The position numbers and the translations under genes are program-made. From positions 1,280,001 through 1,344,000 of the forward strand of contig OZ241869.1 in assembly GCA_965202805.1 (NCBI GenBank): a DNA stretch of 64,000 bases, read 5' to 3'. This stretch comes from Longimicrobiales bacterium. GTDB lineage: Bacteria > Gemmatimonadota > Gemmatimonadetes > Longimicrobiales > Gaopeijiaceae. The notes beneath the pieces are model-generated. The model had not been told where the DNA came from. It searched no databases and saw only the letters and a list, made by a program, of their open reading frames with translations. Positions 1 to 9,593 of the stretch are shown here, in pieces; position 1 is the first letter of the stretch, and each line of letters starts with the position of its first letter.

Positions 1-1150
1 CCTGAGCGACGAACTGTTCCATCCCACCACGCAGCTCGAGAACATCGACGCCATGCGAGGAAACCGGCTCGCGTCCAACTCCGCCGTCGAAGGCCACTGG
101 CGCGGGCTCGCGCAGGCACGCTGGCTCGCGGACGAGGTGGCCGAACGCCTCGCTGCGGCCGGAGGCAACGACCTGGGTGTCGCGCACGCGCACTTCTTCG
201 GCGGGATGACCCGCATCACCATGGCGGATCACTACAACGTGATCGTGTACGGCGCGGAGGACCAGCTGCGCGGCCCGATCGACGTGATCGCGGAGTCCGT
301 CGAGCGCTTCCAGCAGGCGGCCCAGGTAGCGCAGTCCGCAGGGGATGCGAACTTTGCCGCCGCCGCGATGGGACAGGTCGCGCGGGCCTACCGCTCGCTC
401 TACTACGAGCGCACCCACCTCCAGGGCCAGATGGACCGCAGCCTGTTCGACCAGGCCGAATCGGCGGCCCGGCAGGCGCTTTCAACGGCCCCGGACTACA
501 ACTTCTCGCTGCGCTTCGGCGCCCCCGGCGGCTCCAACTCGGGGGCCTCCCTGGGGGGGCCGTACGGAGGCACCAATCGGATCGACGAGATCTATCTCTT
601 CCTTCCCGACCCCGTGACCGGAGATTGGGACCCGCGCATCGCGCACGAGGAAACGACCCGCGAGGAGCCGCTCGGCACCAGTTCCTACAACCTGAAGTAC
701 ACCGCGCGCGAAACGCCGCTCCCGCTCAGCCGCGCCGCCGAAGCGATGCTCATCATCGCCGAATCCCGCCTGCTGGCCGGCGATCTGGCGGGCGCGGTCG
801 AGTGGATCAACAACACGCGCGCGGCGGCGAGAACCCGGACGATGTCGTCGGACTGGGGCGACGCCTCACGCGGCTGGCCGCCCATGGGCCACGCGCTCTC
901 CGATCTCAGGGACTTCGCCAGCATGGATGCCGGCGAGATCATGGCCCAGCTCCAGCACGAGCGCAGGGCCGAGTTCTGGATGGAGATGAGGCGCTGGCAG
1001 GACATGCGCTACTACGAGATCTTCCCCTATCGCTGGTTCGACCAGAACAAGGCGATGGGGATTCACCTGCGCTGGCCGCCCTCCCCCGAGGACGTGAACG
1101 CGAATCCCAACCTCACCAACGAAATCGCGCAAAGGCTCTATACCAACTGA
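1..1150 (+). CDS. RagB/SusD family outer-membrane nutrient-binding protein (5'-truncated by window)
   Basis: Frame is open from the window start. TPR-like helices and a SusD-type C-terminus: RAAEAMLIIAE...AVEWINNTR...HERRAEFWMEMRRWQDMR. Confidence 0.75.
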   Translation, partial: LSDELFHPTTQLENIDAMRGNRLASNSAVEGHWRGLAQARWLADEVAERLAAAGGNDLGVAHAHFFGGMTRITMADHYNVIVYGAEDQLRGPIDVIAESVERFQQAAQVAQSAGDANFAAAAMGQVARAYRSLYYERTHLQGQMDRSLFDQAESAARQALSTAPDYNFSLRFGAPGGSNSGASLGGPYGGTNRIDEIYLFLPDPVTGDWDPRIAHEETTREEPLGTSSYNLKYTARETPLPLSRAAEAMLIIAESRLLAGDLAGAVEWINNTRAAARTRTMSSDWGDASRGWPPMGHALSDLRDFASMDAGEIMAQLQHERRAEFWMEMRRWQDMRYYEIFPYRWFDQNKAMGIHLRWPPSPEDVNANPNLTNEIAQRLYTN

Positions 1151-1175
1151 GTCGCCGGATGGAGGAAGCTCGTCC

Positions 1176-2597
1176 ATGAATTTCATCACCGGAAGACACC
1201 TTTCACGCCGCACCTTCGTGAGGGGTGCCGGAGCCTCCGTGGCTCTGCCCCTGCTCGACGCCATGGTCCCGGCGGGCAGGCCCTGGAGCGATGCGGCGCA
1301 GTCGCAATTCACGCGGCTGGTGTGCGTCGAGGAGTCGATGGGGTGCGCGGGCGGCAACGACTGGGGGGACGCGCAGAACCTGTTCGCGCCGGCGAAGGCG
1401 GGGCGCGACTTCGAGTTGAAGGCGGAGAGCCAGCTCAAGCCCCTGGAAGCCTACCGGGACTACCTGACCATCGTCAGCAACACCGACGTGCGCATGGCGG
1501 AGCCGTACCGGGCCGAGGAGATCGGCGGCGACCACGACCGCTCCACGGCGGTCTTCCTCACCCAGGCTCATCCGCTCCAGACCCAGGCCGACGTCTACCT
1601 GGGCAAGTCGCTGGACCAGGTGCACGCGGACCGCTTCGGGCAGGACACCGCCCTGCCCTCCCTCGAGATCACAACGGAGCAGATGGACCGCGGGGGCGGG
1701 TGCGCCTACAACTACCACTGCGCGTACACGACCACCCTGGCGTGGGCGTCGCCCACCCAGCCGCTTCCGGCGATCCGCGAGCCCCGTCGGGTGTTCGAGC
1801 AGCTCTTCGGCGCCGGCGACTCCCCCGGCGACCGCGCCGTGCGGCTGCGCAACAGCCAGAGCCTGCTCGACTGGGTGCTGGTCGAACTGAACGACCTGAA
1901 GCGGGAGCTGGGGGCGCTGGACCGCCAGGCGCTCGACCAGTATGCCACCCACATCCGCGAGCTGGAGCGGCGCATCGAGCTGGTCGAGGCGCAGAACTCG
2001 AGCGGCGAGGAGCGGCAGATGCCCGAGGCCCCGTCGGGCATCCCGGACCGCTGGGAAGACCACATGCGGCTGATGTTCGACCTTCAGGTTCTCGCCCTGC
2101 AGGCGGACCTGACGCGGGTCATCACCTTCAAGACGGGCTTCGACCTGCAGAACAGCACCTTCCCGGACAGCGGCACCAGCAAGTCGTTCCACGCTTCGTC
2201 GCACCACGGCAACGTGCCCGCGGCCATCATGGAGTTCAACGTCATCAACACGTATCGCCTGGGGCAGATGGCGTACTTCCTCGAGAAGATGAAGGACACC
2301 ATGGAGGGCGAGGCGTCGCTGCTCGACAAGACGGCCATCATCTGGGGATCCCCGATGGGAGACCCCAACCTGCACAACCACCGGCGCTGCCCGTTGCTGC
2401 TCATGGGCCATGCCAATGGGGCGCTCGAAGGCAACGTGCATCTGAGGGCCCCCAAGGGGACGCCGATGGCCAACGTCTTCGTGAGCCTGATGCAGCGCAT
2501 CGGGCACGACGACATGCGCGCCTTCGGAGACAGCGCGGGCGAGTTCCCGCTCAGCTTCCCGGCGGGCCGGTCGGTGAGCACGCGGAGGGAGCCATGA
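1176..2597 (+). CDS. DUF1552 family protein, Tat-like signal (copy 1)
   Basis: SRRTFVRGAGASVALPLLDAM N-terminus; GDH, SLDQ, GGGCAYNYHCAY, HASSHHG and MGDPNLHNH motifs. GGAGG lies upstream of the start. Confidence 0.85.
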   Translation: MNFITGRHLSRRTFVRGAGASVALPLLDAMVPAGRPWSDAAQSQFTRLVCVEESMGCAGGNDWGDAQNLFAPAKAGRDFELKAESQLKPLEAYRDYLTIVSNTDVRMAEPYRAEEIGGDHDRSTAVFLTQAHPLQTQADVYLGKSLDQVHADRFGQDTALPSLEITTEQMDRGGGCAYNYHCAYTTTLAWASPTQPLPAIREPRRVFEQLFGAGDSPGDRAVRLRNSQSLLDWVLVELNDLKRELGALDRQALDQYATHIRELERRIELVEAQNSSGEERQMPEAPSGIPDRWEDHMRLMFDLQVLALQADLTRVITFKTGFDLQNSTFPDSGTSKSFHASSHHGNVPAAIMEFNVINTYRLGQMAYFLEKMKDTMEGEASLLDKTAIIWGSPMGDPNLHNHRRCPLLLMGHANGALEGNVHLRAPKGTPMANVFVSLMQRIGHDDMRAFGDSAGEFPLSFPAGRSVSTRREP

Positions 2598-4546
2598 GGC
2601 TCGGACGCGGGATGGGGGGCGCGGGCGCGGTTCTGGCGGTCGTGCTGGCCGCGGGCGCGGCGCCCCCGCAGGATGGGTTGCTGGATGCGGCCAGGCGCGG
2701 CGACGCGGATGAGGTGCGGGCGCTGCTTGAGGACGGCGCCGATCCCGACTTCGCGCAGGGAGACGGCCTGACGGCGCTGCACCTGGCCGCCCGCGAAGGT
2801 CACCTGGAGATCGTGGACATGCTGATCGGCGCGGGGGCCGAGACGGGGGCGGCGACGCGCATCGGCGACTACACGCCCCTGCACCTGGCCAGCGGCGCGG
2901 GACATGCGGAAGTGGTGGGCGCGCTCCTGACCACGGGAGCCGACCCGGGGGCGGTAACCACTTCCAGCGGCGTGACCCCCCTCCACCTGGCGGCGGAGGC
3001 GCGCGCCGGCGAGGACGCGGTGCGTCGGCTGCTGGAGCACGGCGCGCCGGTGAACGCGCGCGAGCGATCGGCCGGTCAGACGCCCCTGATCTTCGCGGCC
3101 GCGGCCGGACAGGCGGCCTCCGCGGCCGAACTGCTGCGTCACGGCGCCGATCCCTCGATCGCCACCGAGGTGGGGGACGTGCTGCGCCGCATGGCGACCA
3201 GCAGGGCGGCCCAGGGGCGTCTGCTGGAGGCGCTGTCCGAGATCCAGCGGGCAACCGAGGGCGGAACCGCCCGGGAGCCGACCGCCTCCGAAGTGCAGGC
3301 CGCGCTCGCCGTGCAGCGCGAGTTCCTCGCCTCCGGGGCGTTGCAGGAACAGCTGGCGGACTTCCACCCCGACGACCTTTCCAACGTGGTGCCCGCGTGG
3401 GACACACCTGCCGGCTACGTCAGCGAGAACGAGATCGTCCAGCGGCCCATGTACGAAACCCTGGTCGGCAGGACCGGCGGGATGACGGCGCTGCTGCACG
3501 CCGCCCGCGAGGGCCACCTCGAGGTGGCGCGGGTGCTCCTGGACGGCGGCGCCGACATCGACCAGGTCGCGGGCGACGGGGCCAGCCCGCTCACCCTCGC
3601 CGCGCTCAACGGCCAGTTCGACATCGCGATGCTGCTCATCGAGCGCGGCGCCGACCCCGACCTGGCCACCCACACCGACGGCATCGCTCCCCTGTTCGCG
3701 GTGCTGCAGACCCAATGGGCGTTCAAGTTCACCGACCACCCGCATCCGCGCGCGCACGACAACGAGGCGACCACGCACATGGATGTCCTGAACGCGCTTC
3801 TGCAGGCGGGCGCGGATCCCGACGTCCCGATCCGGACACACCTGTGGTACTCGGACTTCCTGCGCGGCAAGCTGGGGCTCAACCTGACCGGGGCCACCCC
3901 CTTCTGGCGGGCGGCGCTGGCCCAGGACCTGCCCGCCATGAAGGCGCTGGTGGCCCACGGAGCCGACCCGGACATCCCCACCACCTGGCCGGAACCGGGG
4001 ATGCGCGAGGGGCGCCAGAACGACGGCCGCCTGCAGGAGGACTCCGGGCTGCCCATGATCCCCGAGGGCACCCCCAACATGTACCCCATCCACGCCGCGG
4101 CGGGCGGCGGGTACATGGGGCTCGGCGCATTCCTGATGAACCACGTGCCGAACAACTTCCTCAACACCGTGAAGTACCTGGTCGAGGAGCACGGCGCCGA
4201 CGTCAACCTCCCCGACTCGTGGGGCTACACGCCGCTGCACTACGCCTCGGTGCGCGGCGGCAACGACCTCATCGAGTACCTGGTGTCACAGGGGGCGGAC
4301 GCAGGAGCGATCAGCCGGCTGGGGCAGTCCACCGCAGACATGGCGCGCGGCGGGCGGGCAGGGTACTTCTCCAGGCCGTCGTACCCCGAGACCGTCGACC
4401 TGCTGCTGGGGCTCGGGTCCGAGTTGCGGTGCCTGAACACCCATTTCCGCGGCACCGGCGACTTCTGCCCGGGGGCGGGAGTGGAGCCGTTCGAGACGGG
4501 CGAGATCGTCAGGCCGGGCAGCCCGCCTCCCGGCGGAAGGCGGTGA
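2594..4546 (+). CDS. Secreted ankyrin-repeat protein (copy 1)
   Basis: ATG at 2594 overlaps the DUF1552 stop (ATGA). Signal-peptide-like N-terminus and many G-T(A/P)LH-AA...GADxN repeats. The real start lies inside the listed ORF 1322..4546. Confidence 0.88.
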   Translation: MRLGRGMGGAGAVLAVVLAAGAAPPQDGLLDAARRGDADEVRALLEDGADPDFAQGDGLTALHLAAREGHLEIVDMLIGAGAETGAATRIGDYTPLHLASGAGHAEVVGALLTTGADPGAVTTSSGVTPLHLAAEARAGEDAVRRLLEHGAPVNARERSAGQTPLIFAAAAGQAASAAELLRHGADPSIATEVGDVLRRMATSRAAQGRLLEALSEIQRATEGGTAREPTASEVQAALAVQREFLASGALQEQLADFHPDDLSNVVPAWDTPAGYVSENEIVQRPMYETLVGRTGGMTALLHAAREGHLEVARVLLDGGADIDQVAGDGASPLTLAALNGQFDIAMLLIERGADPDLATHTDGIAPLFAVLQTQWAFKFTDHPHPRAHDNEATTHMDVLNALLQAGADPDVPIRTHLWYSDFLRGKLGLNLTGATPFWRAALAQDLPAMKALVAHGADPDIPTTWPEPGMREGRQNDGRLQEDSGLPMIPEGTPNMYPIHAAAGGGYMGLGAFLMNHVPNNFLNTVKYLVEEHGADVNLPDSWGYTPLHYASVRGGNDLIEYLVSQGADAGAISRLGQSTADMARGGRAGYFSRPSYPETVDLLLGLGSELRCLNTHFRGTGDFCPGAGVEPFETGEIVRPGSPPPGGRR

Positions 4547-4768
4547 AGCAGCGGGGAGTGCGGGGATAGCGGAGAGATCGCGTCCCGGCCGCGACCGCAT
4601 CGCGGACAAGCCGCCCGGCCGGCGCCCTCGCGGGGGATAGTCGGCCGGGCGGCCTTTCGTCGGATGGGCGGCCCGGAGGCCGGAGCGGCCGTCGCCGGGA
4701 CGGACCGCGACCGGTGCGGGGCGACCTCGGTGGGGCCAGCGCGGGCAACCCCCGGTCGGCCTCCGGTT

Positions 4769-6406
4769 CTACATGACCGGCGGCCTGCCCGGTGGTCGCG
4801 TCCGGGTCCGCGCCGGAGGAGGTCCTGACGACCGCGGCGGAGGACCCGAGCACACGGCCGGAGGCGACCGGTTCGCCGGCGGGCAGCCCGGGCTCGACCC
4901 AACCGCCGAACCCACCGGCTGCGGAGGCGGCCGACCGGCGGACGGAGGCGGCGGTTGGCCCGGTGGCGGGTTGCCGGGCGGCGTACCCGCACCCGGCCGC
5001 GCCCCGGACGGAGGCGGCGGTTCGCCGGGCGGCGTACCCGGGCGCGCCCCGGGCGGCGGAGCGGACCCGGCGGGGGGCGGTTCGCCCCGCCGCCGCAACA
5101 CGGGTCGCTCGTCACCGCCTTCGGCGGCGCGGGCCGCGGGCGGCGCAACCGCATCCGGCCGCGCTGCCGCATCGGTGGTAGCCGCGGCATCGGGGAGCGA
5201 CCCGTCCGGCCGCGAGGAAGCGGCGGGGAGCAGGGCCGCGGGCGGCGCAACCGTCACGCCATCCTCCACCGGTTCCCGCGACACCACGGGATCGGCCCCT
5301 TCCACCCGCACCTCGCCGACCGCGGCGGCGGGCTGCCCCTCCGGGACGCCGCCCGGTCCGGCGGGGCGCACCTCGACCGGCACACGCCCGCCCCCGCCCG
5401 GGCGCGGCTCCGCCGCCAGGGTCGGAACCCCCAATCCCGGCCGGGCAACCCGTGCCGGCAGCCCCGACCCTTCCGGCGCCGCCGCGCCTTCCGCCCGTAC
5501 CCCCGTCGTCGACTGCACAGGCTCGCCAAGTCCCGGAACCCGCGCGGTGGGTGCGAACCCCGGCTCGCGCACCGTGTCCCCCCCCGGCCCGTTCTCCGAT
5601 CGCGTGCGGATCAGGGGCGTCGCCGCTTCGCCCGCGGCGCGCGGCTGGAACTCGAACATGGGACGCGACGGCTCGAGCGGCCGCGTGTACACCACCCGGT
5701 CACCGCTGTAGCGGTACACGGGGTAGTAGTAGGGATCGTCGTGGATCACGACCCGGAAGTCGGTGCACCAGCGCGCGTACGGGTTCCAGTCGAACATCGG
5801 CCTGAACCCGTGACACTGGTAGCACAGGAAGCGCGGATAGTCGTGGGGACGGTCGATGTCGTAGGCGACGAAGTCGAGGGCGTATTCCCGTGACCCGCTG
5901 TCCGGAATCAGCGCCGCGACCAGGTCCTCCATCATCAGGAACGGATCGCGATACGGGGCCTGCGCCAGCGCCCCGAGGTTCCAGCCGCCCTGATACCTGG
6001 AGTAGGCGAAACCCGAGAACTCCAGGGGCGCCGGCGACGCGACCACGAAGAGGTAGCCCTTGCCCTCGTCTTCATCCACCTGCCAGTAGCGCGACTCGGG
6101 GAAGAGCACGCGGTAGTCGCGGCCGCCCAGCGCCACGTGGTCGTCGGTGGGGGAGCCGGGATGGAGCAGGCGCGCGAAGCCGTTGGTGTCGACGTGGAAG
6201 ATGCTCACGTAGGCATCGCGCGAGGCGCGGTAGAAGACGCGCACCAGATCGCCTCGCCGCAGCACCGGGCTCGTGCCGCGGTCCAGCCAGATGCGCGACT
6301 CCAGGGGTTGGTCGCGGACCGCAAACTGCTCCTGGGCGGGCATCTGCGTCGCGCAGAGGAGCGCCAGCCCGAATACCGGGCCGGTGGCAAGCCTTCCGAA
6401 GCGCAT
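4769..6406 (-). CDS. DUF4384-like exported protein with CxxCH motif and Pro-rich tail
   Basis: Signal peptide MRFGRLATG...AQ; RGDLVRVFYRASRDAYVSIFHVDTNG...LLHP is DUF4384-like; CYQCH motif; Pro/Gly-rich C-terminus. Confidence 0.65.
   Translation of the reverse strand: MRFGRLATGPVFGLALLCATQMPAQEQFAVRDQPLESRIWLDRGTSPVLRRGDLVRVFYRASRDAYVSIFHVDTNGFARLLHPGSPTDDHVALGGRDYRVLFPESRYWQVDEDEGKGYLFVVASPAPLEFSGFAYSRYQGGWNLGALAQAPYRDPFLMMEDLVAALIPDSGSREYALDFVAYDIDRPHDYPRFLCYQCHGFRPMFDWNPYARWCTDFRVVIHDDPYYYPVYRYSGDRVVYTRPLEPSRPMFEFQPRAAGEAATPLIRTRSENGPGGDTVREPGFAPTARVPGLGEPVQSTTGVRAEGAAAPEGSGLPARVARPGLGVPTLAAEPRPGGGGRVPVEVRPAGPGGVPEGQPAAAVGEVRVEGADPVVSREPVEDGVTVAPPAALLPAASSRPDGSLPDAAATTDAAARPDAVAPPAARAAEGGDERPVLRRRGEPPPAGSAPPPGARPGTPPGEPPPPSGARPGAGTPPGNPPPGQPPPPSAGRPPPQPVGSAVGSSPGCPPANRSPPAVCSGPPPRSSGPPPARTRTRPPGRPPVM
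4940..5040. repeat. Short direct repeats encoding the Pro-rich tail
   Basis: GGACGGAGGCGGCGGTT occurs twice (~4940 and ~5006) and GCCGGGCGGCGTACCCG twice (~4973 and ~5024). They encode GTPPG(E/N)PPP. Confidence 0.6.
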
Positions 6407-6665
6407 CGTCGTTATCTCTTCCCCCAAGCGGCGCGGGTGACCGCGCGAGACGAACCCCGAAGCTCGTTTCCTGCACCATGCGTGCCAGCGCGCGAGCCTG
6501 TCGCCTTCCTCTAACCTATCCGACCCTGAAGTCCTTACCGCAAGTGCACATGAGCCTGATCTCCTCCCCCCGGGGTCTCGAACGGCACACCGCGCACGCC
6601 CGGCCGCATGACCCGACCCCCGGCGGGCATGGCATCCTCCCCCCCGGTTTTCTACACTACCCGTC

Positions 6666-7619
6666 ATGAACGAACCCAATACGCCCGCACCCGACCCCCG
6701 CCTCGCGACCGCTCCGGGCCGGCGGCGCGCCGACCTGATGGACCCGGTCGCGCTGTCTGAGGTCGGCGGCCTCGAGTTCATCGCGCGCGAGGTCGTGGAG
6801 GGATTCTACATGGGGCTGCACCGTTCGCCGCACCGCGGGTTCTCCGCGGAGTTCGCGGAACATCGGGCCTATCAGGCCGGGGATGATCTCCGCTACATCG
6901 ACTGGCGCATGTACGGACGCTCGGACCGATTCTACGTGAAGCAGTTCGAGGAGGAGACCAACCTGCGGGCATACCTGCTCCTCGACAACAGCCTCTCGAT
7001 GGCGTGGACCTCGCAGCCCGAGACGCTGGCCACCAAGTCGTGGTACGCGAAGCACCTTCTGGCCTGCATCGCGCTTCTGCTTCTGGGTCAGGGGGATCTG
7101 GTCGGCTTCGCGTCCTTCCACCACGAGATCCAGGCGAGGCTCGGACCCAGCGGAGGACGCAAGCAGTGGCACGAGATCATTCGGCGCGTCTCGCCGCTGG
7201 AGCCCACGGGGCTGACCTCCCCGCATTCAGCGCTGCGCGACATCGCCGGACGCCTGCGACGCCGCGGGCTGGTCGTGCTCCTGTCCGACCTCCTGATCGA
7301 CCCGGAGGAAACCCGGGTGGCGCTCCGCTTTCTGAAGCACTACGGGCACGAAGTGCTCGTCTTCCACGTTCTGGATCCGGGGGAGCGCGAGCTGCCTCCC
7401 GCCGGGGACGTGCGCTTCTTCGATCCCGAGAGCCGCGAGGAGATTCAGATCAGCGTGCCGGACATGCGCCGCGAGTACAGGGAGGCGGTGGAGAGCGCGA
7501 TCGCCGAGTGGGAGCGTGCCACAAAGCCCTACGGGATCGACTACTGCATGATCGAAACCAGCCAGCCCTTCTCGCTCGCCCTGAGGGCCTATCTGCGCAA
7601 GCGGCAGAGGCTGGGATAG
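6666..7619 (+). CDS. DUF58 family (MoxR-associated VWA-like) protein
   Basis: GLHRSPHRGFSAEFAEHRAYQAGDDLRYIDW, VKQFEEETN and LLLDNSLSM motifs. Confidence 0.92.
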   Translation: MNEPNTPAPDPRLATAPGRRRADLMDPVALSEVGGLEFIAREVVEGFYMGLHRSPHRGFSAEFAEHRAYQAGDDLRYIDWRMYGRSDRFYVKQFEEETNLRAYLLLDNSLSMAWTSQPETLATKSWYAKHLLACIALLLLGQGDLVGFASFHHEIQARLGPSGGRKQWHEIIRRVSPLEPTGLTSPHSALRDIAGRLRRRGLVVLLSDLLIDPEETRVALRFLKHYGHEVLVFHVLDPGERELPPAGDVRFFDPESREEIQISVPDMRREYREAVESAIAEWERATKPYGIDYCMIETSQPFSLALRAYLRKRQRLG

Positions 7620-7631
7620 GAGCCGGGCGGC

Positions 7632-9593
7632 GTGGGCTTTCTGAACCCCCTCTTCCTCGCTGCCGCGGCGGTCGTTGCGGTCCCGCTGATTCTTCATCTC
7701 TTCCACCGCCACGAGTTGCGCCGGGTCCCGTTCCCCGCGCTGCGCTATCTGCTGCGCGCCACGCGCGATCACGCGCGCACCATTCGCATCCGCCAGCTGC
7801 TCCTGCTGCTCCTCAGGGTGGCCATCTGCCTCCTGCTCGTGCTGGCGGGCAGTCGGCTCTTCTGGAGGGGCGCCGGCGGCACCCACCAGCCCACCGCGCT
7901 GGTGATCATCCTGGACAACTCGCTCAGCTCGGGGCTGGTTCAGGGAGAACAGCGCATGCTCGATCGACTGAAGGCGCTGGCCCTCGAGACCCTCGACGAG
8001 GCCGGGCCCGAGGATCGCATCTGGGTGATGAGGGCCGGAGAGCCCTGGGATGTCGCGGTCCCGGGGTCTCCCGTCGAGGCTCGCGCGCGCGTGCTTGAGA
8101 CGCAGGTGAGCAGCGGACGGGGGGATCTCGGCGGCGCGATCGAAAGAGCCGGCGCCCTGGTCTCGGCGGCGCCCCTCGACGAAACCGAGATACAGCTGCT
8201 GTCGGACCTGCAGGCCACCGCGTTCCCGGACGGCGCTCCCCTGGCGCTGCCCGCCGACACCCGTCTCCTTGTGTACCAGCCACCGTCCTCCACGGAGGAC
8301 AACCGTTACCTGAGGGAGGTACTCGTGGGCGGGGGTCTCGCGCCCATGGCGAACGAGCGTTCCCAGGTGTCCATCGCGGTCGGCGGCACGAGAGAGGGCG
8401 CCGATACCCTGGCCGTGCGGCTGGTGGCGGGAGGGCGCACCGTCGGCGCGACCACCATAACGGCGGGATCGGAGGCGCTGCTCGGCGTGGGCCCGTTCGC
8501 CGGGGGCGTGGTGGTGAGCGGGTACGCCGAGATCGACCCGGACGCGCTACGCGGCGACGATCGCCGCTATTTCTCGGTCTCGGTGCGTCCTCCGGTGGCG
8601 GTGTCCCTCCGGGGAGAGGACGGATTCTTCCTCGAGCAGGCGATCGAGGTGCTGGCCCGGGCGGGGCGGGCACAGCGGACGGCGGACGCGGCGGCCGAGG
8701 TTGTCGTGAGCATCGGTGGAGAGGGGTTGGATGGGCGGCCCGGCAGCGCCGCCGCGGTCGTGCTTCCACCATCCGACGGAGCCATGCTTCCCGCCCTCAA
8801 CCGGCAGCTCCTGCTGGCGGAGATTCCGTGGCGCTACGAGAGCGAGACCGGCGCCGGGGAGATCGGCGTGGCCGACAGCCGCCTGCCGGTCGCGCTCGAC
8901 GAGGTGCGCATCCTCCGCCGCTATCGCCTGGTGGCCAACGGAGAGGAGGAGGCGGGGCTGGTGCAGGCCACCCTCGACTCGGGCGAGCCCTGGATCGTGA
9001 CCGGCGATGCGCCCGGCGGACCCTACCTGCTGGTCGGCTCTCCGATGGACGCCGAAGCCACCAGCCTGGCCGTATCCGCCCCCATGCTGCCCCTGGTCGA
9101 GTGGATGGTTTCGCGCTGGCCCTTCCAGAGCGAGGACAGATCGTTCACCGTCGGCGATGTTCTGCCGATCCCGGCCGGCGTTGACGCCATCGCCGACGCC
9201 GGCGGCGCGCGGACGCCGGCCGCGGTGGGCGCCCGGTTCGTCGCGCCCGCTCCGGGGCTCTATCGCCTCCTGGCCGGCGACTCCCTGGTGCAACAGGTCG
9301 CGGTCAACCCGCCCGAGGCGGAGTCGATCCTCGAGCCGGTCCCGGACGGCGTCCTCGGCAGCCTTCTGGGGGACGACTACGACCGGGCGGACGCGTCGTC
9401 CTGGCGCCGCTCGATCTTCGCCAGCCGGCAGGGCACCGAGGTATGGCGCTGGCTCCTGGTCGCGGCGCTGGCCCTCCTGCTCGTGGAGTCCCGGGTTGCC
9501 GCGACCGGCCGGCGCGCCCGCTCCCCGGGCCACGCGGCCATGACCGCCTCCCGCGGACCGTCCGCCCCCGGCCCCCTTTCGCGAGCCGGATGA
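7632..9593 (+). CDS. BatA N-terminal / VWA domain membrane protein
   Basis: MGFLNPLFL...VPLILHL...FPALRYL (BatA), ILDNSLS MIDAS-like motif, LLSDLQ, and a C-terminal NPPEAES plus TM helix. Confidence 0.85.
   Translation: MGFLNPLFLAAAAVVAVPLILHLFHRHELRRVPFPALRYLLRATRDHARTIRIRQLLLLLLRVAICLLLVLAGSRLFWRGAGGTHQPTALVIILDNSLSSGLVQGEQRMLDRLKALALETLDEAGPEDRIWVMRAGEPWDVAVPGSPVEARARVLETQVSSGRGDLGGAIERAGALVSAAPLDETEIQLLSDLQATAFPDGAPLALPADTRLLVYQPPSSTEDNRYLREVLVGGGLAPMANERSQVSIAVGGTREGADTLAVRLVAGGRTVGATTITAGSEALLGVGPFAGGVVVSGYAEIDPDALRGDDRRYFSVSVRPPVAVSLRGEDGFFLEQAIEVLARAGRAQRTADAAAEVVVSIGGEGLDGRPGSAAAVVLPPSDGAMLPALNRQLLLAEIPWRYESETGAGEIGVADSRLPVALDEVRILRRYRLVANGEEEAGLVQATLDSGEPWIVTGDAPGGPYLLVGSPMDAEATSLAVSAPMLPLVEWMVSRWPFQSEDRSFTVGDVLPIPAGVDAIADAGGARTPAAVGARFVAPAPGLYRLLAGDSLVQQVAVNPPEAESILEPVPDGVLGSLLGDDYDRADASSWRRSIFASRQGTEVWRWLLVAALALLLVESRVAATGRRARSPGHAAMTASRGPSAPGPLSRAG

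Noticed and set aside
1322..2593. N-terminal 424 aa of the listed 1074-aa ORF
   Set aside because: It overlaps DUF1552 out of frame and is Arg/Gly/Pro junk. The ankyrin gene starts at 2594.
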